A stretch of 64,000 nt of DNA. It comes from Beijerinckiaceae bacterium (lineage in GTDB: Bacteria > Pseudomonadota > Alphaproteobacteria > Rhizobiales > Beijerinckiaceae). Below are positions 42,188 through 52,151 of the stretch, piece by piece (position 1 is the first letter of the stretch; each line of letters starts with the position of its first letter). The translations under genes were made by a program, and so were the position numbers. The notes beneath the pieces are model-generated. The model worked only from the letters and a program-made list of their open reading frames with translations, had not been told where the DNA came from and did no database searches. The stretch lies in NCBI GenBank assembly GCA_019745195.1, contig JAIETL010000056.1:26238-90237 (forward strand). The letters are read 5' to 3'.

Positions 42188-43612
42188 GTGAACCAGCCCT
42201 TGCGCCTCTGGGGCGGCCGTTTCACCGCCGAGCCCGATCCCGCGCTGACCCGGCTCTCGCGCTCCGAGCCGAGCTATTTCCGGCTCGCGCCTTATGACCT
42301 CGCCGGTTCGCGCGCCCATATCCGCGAGCTTGGCCGCGCCGGGCTGCTCGACGACGCCGAGATCGCGACAGTGTTGAGGGCGATCGACGAGGTCGAGAGC
42401 CAGTTTGCCGCAGGCCTGATCGAACCCTGGGCCGAGGACGAGGACGTCCATACGTTTCTGGAGCGCGTGCTGACGCAAAAACTCGGGCCGCTCGGCGGAA
42501 AGATCCGCGCCGGGCGCTCGCGCAACGACCAGGCGGCCAACGATCTCAAGCTGTTCCTGCGCCACCGCGCCCGTACCTTGATCGCCGATCTGCTGGCTTT
42601 GCAGGAGGCGATCGTGGCGCAATCGCTCGCCCACAAGGCGACGCCGGTTCCCGGCGTCACCCATCTGCAGGCGGCGCAGCCGATCACCTTCGGCCATCAT
42701 CTGCTCGCCCATGCGCAGGCGTTCTCGCGCGATGCCGGCCGGCTGATCGACTGGGACAGGCGAAACGCCATCTCGCCGTTGGGCGCGGCCGCTCTGGCCG
42801 GCTCGGCCATCGCGCTCAACCCCGAGCTGTCCGCCGAGGAGCTCGGTTATGACGGCTCCTTCGAGAACTCGGTCGATGCGGTCGGCGCGCGCGACCATGT
42901 CGCGGAGTTTTTGTTCGTCGCGGCGATGCTGGCGGTCAACCTGTCGCGGCTGGCCGAGGAGATCGTGATCTGGTGCAGCCAGCCCTATCGCTGGATTTCG
43001 CTGCACGATTCCTTCGCGACCGGCTCCTCGATCATGCCGCAGAAGAAGAACCCTGACATCGCGGAACTGACGCGCGGCCGTTCGGCCCGGCTGATCGGCG
43101 GGGTCACGACGATGCTGGCGGCGCTGAAGAGCCTGCCCTTGTCCTACAACCGCGATCTCGCCGAGGACAAGAAGGCCGCGTTCGACGCCGTCGACGCGCT
43201 GGCGCTGGTGCTTCCGGCGATGGCCGGGATGGTCGCGACCATGTCGGTGAACGAAGCCACGATGCGGGTGGCCGCCTCGCAGGGTTTCACGTTGGCCACC
43301 GAGGTCGCCGATTTCCTGGCACGCAAGGGCGTGCCCTTCAGCGAGGGCCACGACATCACCGGCGCGCTGGTCAGGCTCTGCGAAGAGCGCGGCTGCGAAC
43401 TCCACGAGATCGACGATGCCGGCCTGGCGGGCGTCGATCCACGCCTGACGCCCGACATTCGCTCCCATCTCACCCTCGAGGCCGCGCTTGATGCGCGGAT
43501 GGCGCGCGGTGGCACGTCGCCTGCACGGGTCGGAGAGCAAATCGAGCGCCTGATGCAGGCGCTCGCGCTGCATCGCGCCTGGGCGCTGGACTACCGGGGG
43601 CCGACGCCATGA
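42188..43612 (+). CDS. argH: Argininosuccinate lyase
   Basis: 474 aa from GTG 42188 inside ORF 41249..43612. LWGGRF start motif and [12 protein letters not shown] signature. Confidence 0.92.
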   Translation: MNQPLRLWGGRFTAEPDPALTRLSRSEPSYFRLAPYDLAGSRAHIRELGRAGLLDDAEIATVLRAIDEVESQFAAGLIEPWAEDEDVHTFLERVLTQKLGPLGGKIRAGRSRNDQAANDLKLFLRHRARTLIADLLALQEAIVAQSLAHKATPVPGVTHLQAAQPITFGHHLLAHAQAFSRDAGRLIDWDRRNAISPLGAAALAGSAIALNPELSAEELGYDGSFENSVDAVGARDHVAEFLFVAAMLAVNLSRLAEEIVIWCSQPYRWISLHDSFATGSSIMPQKKNPDIAELTRGRSARLIGGVTTMLAALKSLPLSYNRDLAEDKKAAFDAVDALALVLPAMAGMVATMSVNEATMRVAASQGFTLATEVADFLARKGVPFSEGHDITGALVRLCEERGCELHEIDDAGLAGVDPRLTPDIRSHLTLEAALDARMARGGTSPARVGEQIERLMQALALHRAWALDYRGPTP

Positions 43613-44478
43613 CGGAGAGACGCGCGCAGGCCTCGGTCTTCGACCCCGCCATTCTGAGCCTGCCGCGCGTCGGGCGGCTGCATCTCGGGCGCTGGCTTTC
43701 GGCGGCGCTTATGCTGCTGGCGCTGGCGCTGGTCATCAAGGCCTTCGCCGACGGGGACATCGCCTGGAAGGTTGTGGGCCAGTTCTTCACGGCTCCGGCG
43801 ATCCTCGGCGGCCTCGTCAACACCGTCATCATGACGATCTGCGCCATGGCGCTGGGCATCACGCTCGGCGTCGTCTTCGCCATCATGGCGATGTCGCCCA
43901 ATCTGGTGATGCGCGGCTGCGCCGCCTTCTACATCTGGTTCTTCCGCGGCACGCCGCTGATCCTGCAACTGCTGATCTGGTTCAACCTGGCGCTAGTCTT
44001 CCCGACGATCGGCATTCCCGGCCTCTTCTCCGTCCGCACCATCGATGTGATCGGCCCGTTCATGGCGACGCTGCTGGGGCTCGGCATCAACCAGGGCGCC
44101 TATACCGCCGAGGTGGTGCGTTCCGGCATTCTCTCGGTCGACCACGGCCAGACCGAAGCGGCGAAGACGATCGGCATGACCCGGCTGACGACGCTGCGGC
44201 GCATCGTGCTGCCGCAGGCGATGCGGGTGATCATCCCGCCCGTCGGCAACGAGGTGGTGAGCATGGTCAAGCTGACCTCGATCGCCAGCGTGATCCAGTT
44301 CTCGGAAATCCTGCGCAACGCCCAGACGATCTACTACGCCAATGCCCGCGTCATCGAACTGCTGATCGTGGCGGCCGGCTGGTACCTGATCGTGGTCTCG
44401 ATCCTGTCGCTCGGCCAGATCGCGCTGGAGCGGCATTTCGCCAAGGGGCGCGCGGGCGCGGGAGCGCGCAATGGCTGA
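43609..44478 (+). CDS. Polar amino acid ABC transporter permease
   Basis: 289 aa. The ATG overlaps the argH TGA (ATGA). EAA-loop motif [23 protein letters not shown]. Confidence 0.88.
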   Translation: MTERRAQASVFDPAILSLPRVGRLHLGRWLSAALMLLALALVIKAFADGDIAWKVVGQFFTAPAILGGLVNTVIMTICAMALGITLGVVFAIMAMSPNLVMRGCAAFYIWFFRGTPLILQLLIWFNLALVFPTIGIPGLFSVRTIDVIGPFMATLLGLGINQGAYTAEVVRSGILSVDHGQTEAAKTIGMTRLTTLRRIVLPQAMRVIIPPVGNEVVSMVKLTSIASVIQFSEILRNAQTIYYANARVIELLIVAAGWYLIVVSILSLGQIALERHFAKGRAGAGARNG

Positions 44479-45253
44479 AACCGCCCTCTCCGCCCCCATG
44501 GTCAAGGCGCTCTCCGTCACCAAGCGCTTCGGCACGCTTGCCGCCCTCGACGATGTCTCGCTGGAGATCGCGCCAGGCGAGGTCGTCTGCATCGTCGGCC
44601 CGTCCGGCTCGGGCAAGTCCACGCTGCTGCGCTGCATCAACCAGTTGGAGCGCATTGACGCGGGCGCGATCTGGGTCGATGGCGAACTGGCGGGTTATCG
44701 TCAGGATGGCGGCCGGCTGGTCGAACTCACCGACCGCGACATCGCCCGGCAAAGGCTGGCGAGCGGCATGGTCTTCCAGCGCTTCAACCTCTTTGCTCAT
44801 ATGACTGCGCTGCAGAACGTGATCGAGGGGCCGGTCACGGTGCTGAGGCAGCCGAAGGCCGCCGCCATCGCGGAGGCCGAGGCGCTGCTCGCCCGCGTCG
44901 GCCTCGCGGAGAAGCGAAACGCCTACCCCTCGGAGCTGTCGGGCGGCCAGCAGCAGCGCGTCGCCATCGCGCGGGCTCTCGCAATGAAGCCGCGGCTGAT
45001 GCTGTTCGACGAGCCGACCTCGGCGCTCGACCCCGAACTCGTCGGCGAGGTGCTCGCGGTGATGCGCGACCTTGCGAAGAGCGGCATGACCATGGTCGTC
45101 GTCACGCATGAGCTCGGCTTCGCCCGCGAGGTCGCCGACCGCGTCGTCTTCATGGATCAGGGCCGGCTCGTCGAGCAGGGCCCACCCGCACAGGTGCTGG
45201 GCGCGCCGGAACACCAGCGCACCCGCGACTTCATCGCCGCCGTCCTGTCATGA
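44471..45253 (+). CDS. Polar amino acid ABC transporter ATP-binding protein
   Basis: 260 aa with Walker [10 protein letters not shown], the [15 protein letters not shown] signature, and Walker [13 protein letters not shown]. Confidence 0.92.
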   Translation: MAETALSAPMVKALSVTKRFGTLAALDDVSLEIAPGEVVCIVGPSGSGKSTLLRCINQLERIDAGAIWVDGELAGYRQDGGRLVELTDRDIARQRLASGMVFQRFNLFAHMTALQNVIEGPVTVLRQPKAAAIAEAEALLARVGLAEKRNAYPSELSGGQQQRVAIARALAMKPRLMLFDEPTSALDPELVGEVLAVMRDLAKSGMTMVVVTHELGFAREVADRVVFMDQGRLVEQGPPAQVLGAPEHQRTRDFIAAVLS

Positions 45254-45285
45254 CCCGTTTTCGATCCGCAGCAAAGGAGCTTTCC

Positions 45286-46125
45286 ATGCCGACATTGTCC
45301 CGCAGCCTGATCGCCGCGCTCGCCATCGCGCTGCCCGCCGCCGTCTCCGCTCAGGAGTTGCCGGCCCGGATCAAATCGGCCGGAAAGATCGTCGTCGCGA
45401 CGCAGCCGAACTATCCGCCGATCATCTTCAAGGATCCCGCGACGAACACACTGACCGGCCTCGACATCGAGATCGGCGAGGCGATCGCGGCCGAACTCGG
45501 CGTCAGGATCGAATGGCAGGAAACCGCCTTCGCGCAGATGCTGCCTTCACTGCAGACCGGGCGCGTGGACATGGTCATGGCCGGCATGTCCGACAATGCG
45601 GCGCGGCGGGAGACCGTCGACTTCGTCAATTACTTCTCGTCGGGCGCGCAATTCTACACGATTACGGCGCTGGCGGCGGCCGGCATCAAGACCACCGACG
45701 ACCTCTGCGGCAAATCAGTCGGCGCCAGCCGCTCGACGACCTGGCCCGCCGCGATGGAGACGTGGAGCAAGGAGAACTGCGTCGCCAAGGGCAAGCCGAC
45801 GATCACGGTCGTCGGCACGGAAGGCTCGGTCGATGCCCGTACCCAGCTCAAGACGCAGCGCCTGCAGGCCGCCGTGCAGGGCAGCGAGACGATGCCCTAT
45901 TTCCTGAAGCTCGAACCCAACACCTATGTGCCGCTGGGAACGCCCTTCACCGATGTCCGCGCCGGCATCCCCTTCGTCAAGACGCCCGAGGGCAACCAGC
46001 TCCGCGACGCCGTCAAGGGCGCGCTCGACCGGCTCAAGACCAAGGGGACCTACGACGCGATCTTCGTGAAGTACGGCCTGCAGGCGAGCGCCCTGCCGAA
46101 GATCACGGTGAACGAGGGGAAGTGA
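45286..46125 (+). CDS. ABC transporter substrate-binding protein (family 3, polar amino acids)
   Basis: 279 aa from ATG 45286, preceded by AAAGGAG. Signal peptide ..LPAAVSAQE, and a family-3 SBP pattern (LTGLDIEIGEAIA, VDMVMAGM). Confidence 0.85.
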   Translation: MPTLSRSLIAALAIALPAAVSAQELPARIKSAGKIVVATQPNYPPIIFKDPATNTLTGLDIEIGEAIAAELGVRIEWQETAFAQMLPSLQTGRVDMVMAGMSDNAARRETVDFVNYFSSGAQFYTITALAAAGIKTTDDLCGKSVGASRSTTWPAAMETWSKENCVAKGKPTITVVGTEGSVDARTQLKTQRLQAAVQGSETMPYFLKLEPNTYVPLGTPFTDVRAGIPFVKTPEGNQLRDAVKGALDRLKTKGTYDAIFVKYGLQASALPKITVNEGK

Positions 46126-46162
46126 GGCAAGGTGCCGCCTGTTCAGAGGGCGGCTCCAGCCT

Positions 46163-46864
46163 TCACACCTGGATCAGCCGCTGCACCTGCCCGGCGTCGA
46201 GGTCCTTCATCGGCCCCGACAGCACGACCTCGCCGCGGTCCATCACGAACATCGTATCGGCCAGTTCCCGGGCGAAATCGAAGTACTGCTCGACCAGCAC
46301 GATCGCCATGTCGCCGCGCGAGCGCAGGAAATCGATGGCCCGGCCGATATCCTTGATGATCGAGGGCTGGATGCCCTCGGTCGGCTCGTCGAGCACCAGC
46401 AGTTTGGGCCGGGTGACCAGCGCCCGCGCGATGGCGAGTTGCTGTTGCTGGCCACCCGAGAGGTCTCCGCCGCGCCGGCCCAGCATGGACTTGAGCACGG
46501 GGAAAAGGTCGAACAGTTCGTTCGGGACGAAGCGCTCCTTGCGCGCCAAGGGCGCAAAGCCGGTCTCGAGGTTTTCCTTCACGGTCAGCAGCGGAAAAAC
46601 CTCCCTGCCCTGCGGCACGAAGCCGATGCCGGCGCGCGCCCGGTCTTCCGTGCGCATGGTCGAGATGTCCTGTCCGCCGAAGGTAATCTTGCCGGCGCTG
46701 ATGGCCTGCTGGCCGACGATGGCGCGCATCAGCGTGGTCTTGCCGACGCCGTTGCGGCCCATGACGCAGGTGACTTTTCCGGGCCCGGCGGCGAGCGAGA
46801 CGCGGCGCAGGGCCTGGGCGGCACCGTAATGGAGATCGATGGCGTCGACGCTCAGCATCGGCAT
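46163..46864 (-). CDS. urtE: Urea ABC transporter ATP-binding subunit UrtE
   Basis: 233 aa with GRNGVGKTT Walker A and LSGGQQQQLAIARAL. It is the last gene of the urtABCDE order. Confidence 0.88.
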   Translation of the reverse strand: MPMLSVDAIDLHYGAAQALRRVSLAAGPGKVTCVMGRNGVGKTTLMRAIVGQQAISAGKITFGGQDISTMRTEDRARAGIGFVPQGREVFPLLTVKENLETGFAPLARKERFVPNELFDLFPVLKSMLGRRGGDLSGGQQQQLAIARALVTRPKLLVLDEPTEGIQPSIIKDIGRAIDFLRSRGDMAIVLVEQYFDFARELADTMFVMDRGEVVLSGPMKDLDAGQVQRLIQV

Positions 46865-46890
46865 GTCCTGTCGTCGGATCCAATCCCATC

Positions 46891-47009
46891 GCCCTCATCC
46901 TGAGGAGGCCGCGTCAGCGGCCGTCTCGAAGGATGCTCCAGGGGGCTCCGGAGACATCTGGAGCATCCTTCGAGACGCGCTCCTGCGGAGCGCTCCTCAG
47001 GATGAGGGC
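46891..47009. repeat. 119-nt nested palindromic REP/MITE-like element in the urtD-urtE spacer
   Basis: Outer arms GCCCTCATCCTGAGGAG / CTCCTCAGGATGAGGGC; inner arms CGTCTCGAAGGATGCTCCA / TGGAGCATCCTTCGAGACG. Confidence 0.85.
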
Positions 47010-47030
47010 TATGGGTGTGATCCATGTCCC

Positions 47031-47795
47031 TCATCTTCCCAGATAGACTTCGACGACGCGCTCGTTCGCGCTGACCTGGTCGAGCGGGCCTTCGGCCAGC
47101 ACCGAGCCCTCATGGAGCACCGTGACCTTCACGCCGAGTTCGCGGATGAAGCCCATGTCGTGCTCGACCACGATGACCGAATGGTCCCTCGCGATCTCCT
47201 TGAGCAGCACGGCGGTCTCGGCCGTCTCGCCATCGGTCATGCCGGCGGCGGGCTCGTCGACGAGGAGCAGTTTCGGGTCCTGCGCCAGCAACATGCCGAT
47301 CTCGAGCCACTGCTTCTGGCCATGCGAGAGCGAGCCGGCCAGCCGGTCGCGGGCATCGCCGAGCTTGATGATGCCGAGGATGTCGTCGATGCGCTTCTGC
47401 TGGCTCGCGGCGGTGTTCCAGAACAGCGTCCGGCGGACGTCGCGCGGGGCCTTCAGCGCCAGCAGGATGTTGTCCTCGATGGTGTGGAAATCGAACACCG
47501 TCGGTTTCTGGAACTTGCGGCCGATGCCGAGATTGGCGATCGCCGCCTCGTCGAGTTTGGTGAGATCGACCTTGCCGCCGAACATCACCGTGCCGACATC
47601 AGGCTTGGTCTTGCCGGTGATGATGTCCATCATCGTGGTTTTGCCGGCCCCGTTGGGGCCGATGATGGCGCGCATTTCGCCGGGTTCTATGGTGAGCGAC
47701 AGGCCACGGATGGCCTTGAAGCCGTCGAAGGAGACGCTGACGCCGTCGAGATAGAGCAGCGAGGAGGTGAGCTGGCCGGGCGCGGGAGCGTTCAT
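47031..47795 (-). CDS. urtD: Urea ABC transporter ATP-binding subunit UrtD
   Basis: 254 aa from ATG 47795 with GPNGAGKTT Walker A and the LSHGQKQWLEIGMLL signature typical of UrtD. Confidence 0.88.
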   Translation of the reverse strand: MNAPAPGQLTSSLLYLDGVSVSFDGFKAIRGLSLTIEPGEMRAIIGPNGAGKTTMMDIITGKTKPDVGTVMFGGKVDLTKLDEAAIANLGIGRKFQKPTVFDFHTIEDNILLALKAPRDVRRTLFWNTAASQQKRIDDILGIIKLGDARDRLAGSLSHGQKQWLEIGMLLAQDPKLLLVDEPAAGMTDGETAETAVLLKEIARDHSVIVVEHDMGFIRELGVKVTVLHEGSVLAEGPLDQVSANERVVEVYLGR

Positions 47796-47800
47796 GCGCG

Positions 47801-48940
47801 TCACTCCGCCGGGGCCGGCGCGGGGGCGGCAGTTGGCGTCGGCTTGCGGCGCTTGCCCCACCACTCCTGCGCCGTGCCCAGGATGCCCTTGGGCATGAAC
47901 AAAGTGACGAAGACGAAGAGCCCGCCCAGCGCGAACAGCCAGTAGGGCGCCATGAAGCCCGAGGTGAAGACCGTCTTGGCCCAGTTGACGACGACGGCTC
48001 CAAGAGCCGCGCCGACCAGCGTGCCGCGCCCGCCGATGGCGACCCAGATCACGGTCTCGATCGAATTCGCCGGGTTGAATTCGCTGGGATTGATGATGCC
48101 GACCTGCGGCACGTAGAGCGCGCCGGCTACGCCCGCCATGCAGGCCGAGACGGTGAAGACGAAGAGCTTGAAGCGATCGACCCTGTAGCCGAGGAAGCGG
48201 GTGCGGGATTCCGCATCCCGGATCGCGATCACCACCTTGCCGAGTTTCGAGACGACGATGCCGCGCGCGATCAGGAAGCCGGCGATCAGCATGACGCAGG
48301 TCATGGCAAAGAGCGCGGCGCGCGTCGTCTGCGCCTGCACGTTGAAGCCGACGATGTCCTTGAAGTCGGTCAGGCCGTTATTGCCGCCAAAACCCATGTC
48401 GTTGCGGAAGAAGGCGAGCAACAGCGCATAGGTCAGAGCCTGGGTGATGATCGAGAGATAGACGCCGGTGACGCGCGAGCGGAAGGCGAACCAGCCGAAG
48501 ACGAAGGCAAGCAGGCCGGGCACGGCCAGAACCATCAGCATGGCGAAGGGGAAGGACGAGAAACCGTACCAGTACCAGGGCAGCTCCTGCCAGTTCAGGA
48601 AGACCATGAAATCGGGCAGGACCGGATTGCCATAGACGCCGCGCGAGCCGATCTGGCGCATCAGATACATGCCCATCGCATAGCCGCCGAGCGCGAAGAA
48701 CGCGCCGTGGCCGAGCGAGAGAATGCCGCAATAGCCCCAGACCAGATCGAGCGAGATCGCCAGCAGGGCGTAGCAGAGATATTTGCCCCAGAGCGACATC
48801 GTCGAGGTCGGGACATGGAAGGCAGAGCCGACCGGCAGCAGCAGGTTCGAGAGCGGCATCAACACGGCGAGCGCGGCGATCAGTCCAAGGAAGACATAGC
48901 CGCGCCGGTCCATGTTCTGCAGGAGGAAGCGGGTGATCAT
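47801..48940 (-). CDS. urtC: Urea ABC transporter permease UrtC
   Basis: 379 aa, a LivM-like multi-TM permease in the urt operon. Confidence 0.9.
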   Translation of the reverse strand: MITRFLLQNMDRRGYVFLGLIAALAVLMPLSNLLLPVGSAFHVPTSTMSLWGKYLCYALLAISLDLVWGYCGILSLGHGAFFALGGYAMGMYLMRQIGSRGVYGNPVLPDFMVFLNWQELPWYWYGFSSFPFAMLMVLAVPGLLAFVFGWFAFRSRVTGVYLSIITQALTYALLLAFFRNDMGFGGNNGLTDFKDIVGFNVQAQTTRAALFAMTCVMLIAGFLIARGIVVSKLGKVVIAIRDAESRTRFLGYRVDRFKLFVFTVSACMAGVAGALYVPQVGIINPSEFNPANSIETVIWVAIGGRGTLVGAALGAVVVNWAKTVFTSGFMAPYWLFALGGLFVFVTLFMPKGILGTAQEWWGKRRKPTPTAAPAPAPAE

Positions 48941-50532
48941 GCCTCCACCGCCCGGCCCTTGAGCGCGAACAGGCCACGTGGGCGCTTCTGGATGAACAGG
49001 ATGATCAGGACGAGCAGCGCGATCTTGGCCAAGACCGCCCCGGCATAGGGTTCGAGGAGCTTGTTTGCGACGCCGAGCGTCATCGCGCCGACCAGCGTGC
49101 CCCAGAGATTGCCGACCCCGCCGAAGACCACGACCATGAAACTATCGATGATGTAGCTCTGGCCGAGATTGGGGCTGACATTGTCGATCTGCGAGAGCGC
49201 GACGCCGGCAAGTCCCGCCACGCCGGAGCCGAGCCCGAAGGTCAGCGCGTCCACCCTCCCCGTCCGGATGCCCATGGCCGAGGCCATGCGGCGGTTCTGC
49301 GTGACGGCGCGCATCTGCAGACCGATCGGAGTCAGCCGCAGGATCGCCAGCAGCGAGGCGAAGACCAGCATGGCGAAGACGATGATCCAGAGCCGGTTCC
49401 AGGTGATCGCCAGCCCGCCGAGTTCGAACGCGCCCGACATGAAGGCAGGCGCGCCGACCTCGCGGTTGGTCGGCCCGAAAGCGGTGCGCACTGCCTGCTG
49501 CAGGATCAGGCTGATGCCCCAGGTCGCGAGCAGCGTCTCCAGCGGCCGGCCATAGAGAAAGCGGATGACGCCGCGCTCGATCGCGATGCCGACGAGGCCT
49601 GCGACGAGGAAGGCGAGCGGCAGCGCGATCGCCAGCGAATAGGGGAACAGGCCCGGAAAGCTCGTCCGGATGATCTCCTGCACGATGAAGGTGGTGTAGG
49701 CCCCGAGCATGACCATCTCGCCATGGGCCATGTTGATCACGCCCATCACGCCGAAGGTGATGGCGAGACCAATGGCCGCCAGAAGCAGCACGGAGCCGAG
49801 CGAGAGCCCGTACCAAAGGTTCTGGGCGGCGCGCCAGACGGCGAGCCTGCCCTCGATCTCGGTGATGGCGCGGGTTTGCGCCTCTTTCAGCGCCTGGGAA
49901 GCGTCGCCCGGCAGCGAGCGCAGGGTCGCCAGCGCGTCCTGATCGCCGCGCTCGCGCAGCACGTCGATGGCCGCGATACGATCGAAAGGCGGGGCGTCGG
50001 TCTTGGCGATCAGGATCGCGGCCTGGGCCTGGCGCAAAGCGGCGCGGGCCTTCGCATCGGTTTCCTTGCCGATCGCGGCTTCGAGCACCGGAAGCAGGCT
50101 GACATCGCGCGATTTGAACACGGCCTCGGCGGCGAGCGTGCGCTTTGATGCATCGGGATTGAGCAGGCCGAGCCCGCCAAGCGCCGCCTGCACGACGCGG
50201 CGCAGATTGTTGTTGAGGCGCACCGGGCTGAGGCCGGCAGGCTGGGCCGGGAGCGTCTGGCCGGTGCGGGCGTCGATGAAGCCACCCTCCCTCGTCCTGA
50301 CGACCACCGCGCCGCCGCCAGCCAGAAGCCGGCTCTCGGCAAGCGCCTCGATGATCGGCGCTGCCTGCGGATGGGCTGTCGCGATCAGGATATCGACGGC
50401 GCGGGCCGTGTCGGAAAAGCTGTCGGCATTGAGCCGGGTGAAGGCTTCTTCGGCGGACTGGGCGAGCGCAGGCGGGGCGAACAGCACCATCGCCACGGCC
50501 AAGGATCGCAAGAGGCGTAGGAGGCAAAGCAT
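48937..50532 (-). CDS. urtB: Urea ABC transporter permease UrtB (long form with an N-terminal periplasmic region)
   Basis: 531 aa. A signal-like N-terminus and a soluble ~230-aa region are followed by a LivH-like permease core. Confidence 0.9.
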   Translation of the reverse strand: MLCLLRLLRSLAVAMVLFAPPALAQSAEEAFTRLNADSFSDTARAVDILIATAHPQAAPIIEALAESRLLAGGGAVVVRTREGGFIDARTGQTLPAQPAGLSPVRLNNNLRRVVQAALGGLGLLNPDASKRTLAAEAVFKSRDVSLLPVLEAAIGKETDAKARAALRQAQAAILIAKTDAPPFDRIAAIDVLRERGDQDALATLRSLPGDASQALKEAQTRAITEIEGRLAVWRAAQNLWYGLSLGSVLLLAAIGLAITFGVMGVINMAHGEMVMLGAYTTFIVQEIIRTSFPGLFPYSLAIALPLAFLVAGLVGIAIERGVIRFLYGRPLETLLATWGISLILQQAVRTAFGPTNREVGAPAFMSGAFELGGLAITWNRLWIIVFAMLVFASLLAILRLTPIGLQMRAVTQNRRMASAMGIRTGRVDALTFGLGSGVAGLAGVALSQIDNVSPNLGQSYIIDSFMVVVFGGVGNLWGTLVGAMTLGVANKLLEPYAGAVLAKIALLVLIILFIQKRPRGLFALKGRAVEA

Positions 50533-50582
50533 CAGGTTGCTTCTGATCCGTATGCAAAAGCGGAGACGGTGGAGAACGGGAT

Positions 50583-50746
50583 CCCTTCTCCCCTTGCGGG
50601 AGAAGGTGACAGCGCGAAGCGCTGACGGATGAGGGGTCGCGCTACGCTTGACGCAAGGCGGATGAAGGCCCTCGCCGTCCGAGGTCGGCGCGACCCCTCA
50701 TCCGTCTCGGCTTCGCCGAGCCACCTTCTCCCGCAAGGGGAGAAGG
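50583..50746. repeat. 164-nt composite palindromic element in the urtA-urtB spacer
   Basis: Terminal hairpins CCTTCTCCCC-TTGC-GGGAGAAGG (50585-50606) and CCTTCTCCCGCAAGGGGAGAAGG (50724-50746). Inner arms GACGGATGAGGGGTCGCGC / GCGCGACCCCTCATCCGTC. Confidence 0.85.
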
Positions 50747-50774
50747 AAAGCCCGCGCCGGCCACACTCAGCCTC

Positions 50775-52055
50775 TCACGCGCCGCCGCACTTGCCGGTCT
50801 TGACGTTGAAGTTGCCGCACTTCTTCTCGACCCAGTCGCCGATCAGGTCCTTGGAGCCGTCGAGCTCCTTCGACCAGGCGTCGCCCGCGACGAGGCCGGT
50901 CTTCGAGACCACGTCGAACTGGCCGTCGGCCTTGATCTCGCCGATCAGCACCGGCTTGGTGATGTGGTGGTTGGGAAGCATCTTCGAGATGCCGCCGGTC
51001 AGGTTCGGGGCCTCGATGCCGGGCAGCGCGTCGATGACCTTGTCGGGATCGAAGCTCTTGGCCTTCTCGACCGCCTTCACCCACATGGCGAAGCCGATGA
51101 CATGGGCCTCCATCGGGTCGTTGGTGACGGCCTTGGGGTTTTTCTTGAACGCCTGCCACTGCTTGATGAAGGCCTCGTTCTCGGGCGTCTTGACCGACTG
51201 GAAGTAGTTCCACGCGGCGAGATGGCCGACGAGAGGCTTGGTGTCGATGCCGGCGAGTTCTTCCTCACCGACCGAGAAGGCCACGACCGGGATGTCGGTC
51301 GCCTTGACGCCCTGGTTGCCGAGTTCCTTGTAGAACGGCACGTTGGCGTCGCCGTTGATGGTCGAGACCACGGCGGTCTTCTTGCCGGCGGTGCCGAACT
51401 TCTTGATGTCGGAGACGATCGTCTGCCAGTCGGAGTGGCCGAACGGCGTGTAGTTGATCAGGATGTCCTCCTTGGCCACGCCCTTGGCGAGCAGATAGGC
51501 CTCGAGGATCTTGTTGGTGGTGCGCGGATAGACGTAGTCGGTGCCGGCGAGCACCCAGCGCTGAACCTTCTCTTCCTTGGCGAGATAGTCGACGGCCGGG
51601 ATCGCCTGCTGGTTCGGCGCGGCGCCGGTGTAGAACACGTTGCGCTCGCTCTCCTCGCCCTCGTACTGGACGGGGTAGAACAGGATCGAGTTCAGTTCTT
51701 TGAAGACCGGCAGGACCGACTTGCGCGACACGGAGGTCCAGCAGCCGAACACGGCCGAGACCTTCTCCTTGGTGATCAGCTCGCGTGCCTTTTCGGCGAA
51801 GAGCGGCCAGTTCGAGGCTGGATCGACCACGACGGCCTCGAGCTTCTTGCCGAGCACGCCGCCCTTCTTGTTCTGCTCCTCGATGAGCATGAGCATGACG
51901 TCCTTCAACGTCGTCTCGGAGATCGCCATCGTGCCCGAGAGCGAGTGCAGGATGCCGACCTTGATGGTCTCCTGCGCGGCGGCAGGCAGATAGCCGCCGA
52001 TGAAAGTGGCGCCGGCGAGTGCGGCCCCCAGAATGACGCGACGTGTTGTGTTCAC
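50775..52055 (-). CDS. urtA: Urea ABC transporter substrate-binding protein UrtA
   Basis: 426 aa. Signal peptide ..PAAAQE, then IKVGILHSLSGTMAISE, typical of UrtA. Confidence 0.92.
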   Translation of the reverse strand: MNTTRRVILGAALAGATFIGGYLPAAAQETIKVGILHSLSGTMAISETTLKDVMLMLIEEQNKKGGVLGKKLEAVVVDPASNWPLFAEKARELITKEKVSAVFGCWTSVSRKSVLPVFKELNSILFYPVQYEGEESERNVFYTGAAPNQQAIPAVDYLAKEEKVQRWVLAGTDYVYPRTTNKILEAYLLAKGVAKEDILINYTPFGHSDWQTIVSDIKKFGTAGKKTAVVSTINGDANVPFYKELGNQGVKATDIPVVAFSVGEEELAGIDTKPLVGHLAAWNYFQSVKTPENEAFIKQWQAFKKNPKAVTNDPMEAHVIGFAMWVKAVEKAKSFDPDKVIDALPGIEAPNLTGGISKMLPNHHITKPVLIGEIKADGQFDVVSKTGLVAGDAWSKELDGSKDLIGDWVEKKCGNFNVKTGKCGGA

Positions 52056-52136
52056 GGATACATCCCCCGAACGATCCCGTTTGGCCGGCCCCGATGCGGA
52101 TGCCGGCAGGCCTCCCTGGCCCTGAAGACGAGGCTC

Positions 52137-52151
52137 GCAAGCGACGTGCCA
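52137..52151 (-). promoter_or_regulatory. Sigma-54 (RpoN) type promoter upstream of urtA
   Basis: The minus strand reads TGGCAC-GTCGC-TTGC, an exact match to the -24/-12 core TGGCAC-N5-TTGC. It lies about 80 nt upstream of the urtA ATG. Confidence 0.65.
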
